From Anaeramoeba ignava BMAN (lineage: Eukaryota > Protista > Anaeramoebae): 64,000 nucleotides of DNA. Positions within the stretch are counted from its first letter, which is position 1. Each line of letters begins with the position of its first letter. The translations under genes and the position numbers were made by a program. Where the stretch lies: assembly GCA_028826165.1 (NCBI GenBank), contig JAPDFW010000056.1, forward strand, positions 434,001-498,000. The letters are read 5' to 3'. Positions 61,263 through 64,000 of this stretch are shown piece after piece. Below the pieces are notes generated by a model. That model saw nothing but the letters and a program-made list of their open reading frames with translations. It had not been told where the DNA came from and ran no database searches.

Positions 61263-62291
61263 ATGATCCAAAATGATAAATTTCTTCTTCCAAAAATTGA
61301 AAATTGGGAAAAATGGGGAACATTATTTACAAACAAAGATATTTGGAAAGATATTATCATTTCAATTTGTGAAAAACACGGAATAAAATTTAAAGAAATG
61401 GAAGCAGGATTTCCAGGAACAAATGCAGTTTTTGTTTTGGATAAAAAATATGTTATAAAAATTTTTGCACCAGAATGTTCAGAAGATTTTAGAAAGGAAA
61501 TGAATTGTTTAAACTTGTTTTCTTCTTGTGAAAATATGAAATTTTATCAACCCAAAATTTTATTTTATGGAAATTATCAAGATCGAAGAGAATGGATTTA
61601 TTTGATTATCAGTTTTATAGAAGGAGAAGCCATAAGAGATGAAAGAGATAAAATTAAAAAAGAAAATATGGTTGAAATTGTTGAGCATTTAGCAGCACTT
61701 GTGAAAGAAATGCATCAAATGGATTATTGTCAAAATGAATATTGGGAAAAATTAAAAGGAAAGTTGAACTGGCAAAATTACTTTGAAAAAAAGAAGAAGG
61801 AAACATTAGAGAGTTTAAGAGAAGCAAAGCTAGTAAATGATAAAGCGATTTCAGAAATGGAAGAAAAATTTAAGAAGATTTTTGATTTAGATCAAGAAGT
61901 TGATTTTGTTTTAGTCAATGGAGATCTCACAGAAGACCACTTATTAATCAAGAAATCAGTTCAAGAACCAACGAGTTACAGAGTTTCTGGATTGATTGAT
62001 TATGGAGATGCCATGATTGCGCCTTGTGAATATGAATTTGTGGCTTTATGGGGATCTTTATTGGATTTTGATCCATTTCTTTTCCACAAATTTATAATAA
62101 AATATAATAAGGAAATTAATTTCGATACTTCTTTTAGAGATAAAATGATGTGCTTTACTTTGATCCATGAATTTTCCTTTTTAATCATAAAAGATTTTTT
62201 AACAAAAAAAAGAATTGAAAAGATTTCATCATGGGATCAAATTCGGGACATTTTTTGGAAAAAGGAACTTGAAGAATTTAATTTAAAATAA
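61263..62291 (+). CDS. Aminoglycoside-phosphotransferase (APH/hygromycin-kinase-like) small-molecule kinase
   Basis: GTNAVF..YVIKIF, E in helix C, Brenner-like VNGDLTEDHLLI, SGLIDYGDA..AP.EYEF; intronless. Confidence 0.8.
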   Translation: MIQNDKFLLPKIENWEKWGTLFTNKDIWKDIIISICEKHGIKFKEMEAGFPGTNAVFVLDKKYVIKIFAPECSEDFRKEMNCLNLFSSCENMKFYQPKILFYGNYQDRREWIYLIISFIEGEAIRDERDKIKKENMVEIVEHLAALVKEMHQMDYCQNEYWEKLKGKLNWQNYFEKKKKETLESLREAKLVNDKAISEMEEKFKKIFDLDQEVDFVLVNGDLTEDHLLIKKSVQEPTSYRVSGLIDYGDAMIAPCEYEFVALWGSLLDFDPFLFHKFIIKYNKEINFDTSFRDKMMCFTLIHEFSFLIIKDFLTKKRIEKISSWDQIRDIFWKKELEEFNLK

Positions 62292-62651
62292 ATATTAGAG
62301 AAAGAATATAAATAAGAAAGAAGGAAATATTAAAGGAAAATAAAAGGAAAAAAGGAATAAAAAAAAAATTTTTTTTTGAATGAGTAATTAAATTAAAAAA
62401 ATTAGTAATAATTATTTTTATTTTTATTTGTCTTGTTTAAATAAAAAAAAAACAAATCATTTTTTTTTCATTTTTTTTTCATTTTTTTCTTTGTTTTTTT
62501 CTTTGTTTTTTTATTTTTTATATTTTGTTTTTTTGTTTAAATAGATCAACCTAAATTAAAAATTAATCTAAAATTAAATTAAAAATTAATCTAAAAATAA
62601 ATTAAAAATTAAAAAAAAAAAAATAAAATAAAAAATCCAATTTAAAAAATC

Positions 62652-64000
62652 ATGAATAATTCTAAAAAGAAATACCAAAGACGATCAAATGAAAAAAAAC
62701 GCAAGAACATATCGACATCAAAAGAAACAAGCACAACAAGTGAAGAAATGGAAGTAAGACCGCGCACAAGCAAGTATTCCTTAAGAAGTAAAATGAGTAT
62801 TAAAGACAATTCTAACGGAACAGCAAGATATCAATTAGACACATTTTCAACCGATAAAAAAAAGATGAAAGAACAGAATAGAAACAACAGTGGAAAAACG
62901 TTTGAAAATGTCGAAAATTCTTCCCCTATTTTAAGTCAAAATTCACATGTAGTTATGGTTGTGGATCCTTATGTCGAAATACAGAGTCCTGAATGGAAGA
63001 GTTCTTATAATACAGAAGATAGTACAAATGATATTCAAGTTACAAATGATATTCAAAGTGGAAATGATATTCAAAGTGGAAATGATATTCAAAGTGAAAA
63101 TGAAATTCAAAGTGAAAATGAAATTCAAAGTGAAAATGAAATTCAAAGTGAAAATGAAATTCAAAGTGAAAATGATATTCAAAGTGAAAATGAAATTCAA
63201 AGTGAAAATGAAATTCAAAGTGAAAATGAAATTCAAAGTGAAAATGATATTCAAAGTGAAAATGATATTCAAAGTGAAAATGAAGATTTTATTGAAAATC
63301 AAGAAACAAATTCAAAATCAAAATCAAATTCAAATTCAAATTCAAAATCAAATTCAAATTCAAAATATAATTCAAATTCAAAATCAAAATCAAATTCAAA
63401 TTCAAAATATAATTCAAATTCAAAATCAAATTCAAATTCAAATTCAAAATCAAAATCAAAATCAAATTCAAATTCAAAATCAAATGAAAAAATTCTTAAA
63501 AACAAAAAGAAAAAATTAAGATCCAAAAATCATTCTCCATCTCATTCCAAAATTAAAAATTTACAACCTAAATTTCGCCCTTTTGATGACATTAGTTCTG
63601 TTGATGATGAAGAATACATTGAGACAGAATCTGATCTTATTGTTCCTAAACATGAAGTAAATGAATCAAAACAGGAAATGAAAAAAATGAAAGAAATGCG
63701 AGATATTGAAAAACTACAGAAGATTTTAGAGGAAGAAAATGGGAACAGACCCATTATGACAAGGTCTCGCGCACGAGAAATTTCTCAGAAATGGAACATT
63801 TTACGAGAAAAAGTTTTCTCAGAATTTTCTCCAGATTCTAAAACAACAAACTCAATGAATTCTGAAGAAATGAATAGTCAACCTTCTGAGATTGAGTTAT
63901 CACCACTTCCACATAAAAATAATAAACCAAAAATTCGAGGAAGAGGAAGAGGAAGAGGAAGAGGAAGACCAAAAGTTCAACCTGAAATTATTATACAAGA
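62652..64000 (+). CDS. Low-complexity putative nuclear protein with [12 protein letters not shown] repeats and an AT-hook, 3' partial
   Basis: ATG 62652 opens a frame running to the window end. Basic NLS-like N-terminus, 18-nt coding repeats ~63025-63280, [18 protein letters not shown] near 63925-63976. Confidence 0.65.
   Translation, partial: MNNSKKKYQRRSNEKKRKNISTSKETSTTSEEMEVRPRTSKYSLRSKMSIKDNSNGTARYQLDTFSTDKKKMKEQNRNNSGKTFENVENSSPILSQNSHVVMVVDPYVEIQSPEWKSSYNTEDSTNDIQVTNDIQSGNDIQSGNDIQSENEIQSENEIQSENEIQSENEIQSENDIQSENEIQSENEIQSENEIQSENDIQSENDIQSENEDFIENQETNSKSKSNSNSNSKSNSNSKYNSNSKSKSNSNSKYNSNSKSNSNSNSKSKSKSNSNSKSNEKILKNKKKKLRSKNHSPSHSKIKNLQPKFRPFDDISSVDDEEYIETESDLIVPKHEVNESKQEMKKMKEMRDIEKLQKILEEENGNRPIMTRSRAREISQKWNILREKVFSEFSPDSKTTNSMNSEEMNSQPSEIELSPLPHKNNKPKIRGRGRGRGRGRPKVQPEIIIQ

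Overview
AT-rich, intron-containing eukaryotic genomic DNA from a protist. The gene style, tandem TCATTT initiator-like motifs and expanded alpha-actinin suggest a metamonad such as an Anaeramoeba-like organism; this assignment is inference only. I reconstruct 19 protein genes with GT-AG introns: a BAR protein (5' partial), PRP6, two tandem GH38 alpha-mannosidases, SEC23, a CUE-CAP fusion, an EEP phosphatase/nuclease, a BCAS3/ATG18-like propeller, an LRR + 4xSCP2 protein, a ~2,500-aa alpha-actinin with 12 extra 139-aa repeats, a beta-helix/Cys-rich/multi-TM protein, an LCAT/PLA2G15-like lipase, a Cys-rich surface protein, ABCE1/RLI1, PP5, a divergent E2F, a tail-anchored bacterial-type DeoC, an APH-like kinase and an AT-hook protein (3' partial). 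Many introns and spacers are filled with locus-specific simple repeats. Seven single-base indels and one in-frame TAA break genes and look like consensus errors. I found no rRNA, tRNA, CRISPR array, intein or transposon. Best leads: the LRR-4xSCP2 lipid-carrier candidate, the tail-anchored DeoC, the asymmetric giant alpha-actinin, patchwise diversification of the GH38 pair, AG-depleted satellite introns, multimerised Inr promoters, a composition gradient inside long exons, and an E2F lacking its RRxYD DNA-recognition motif.
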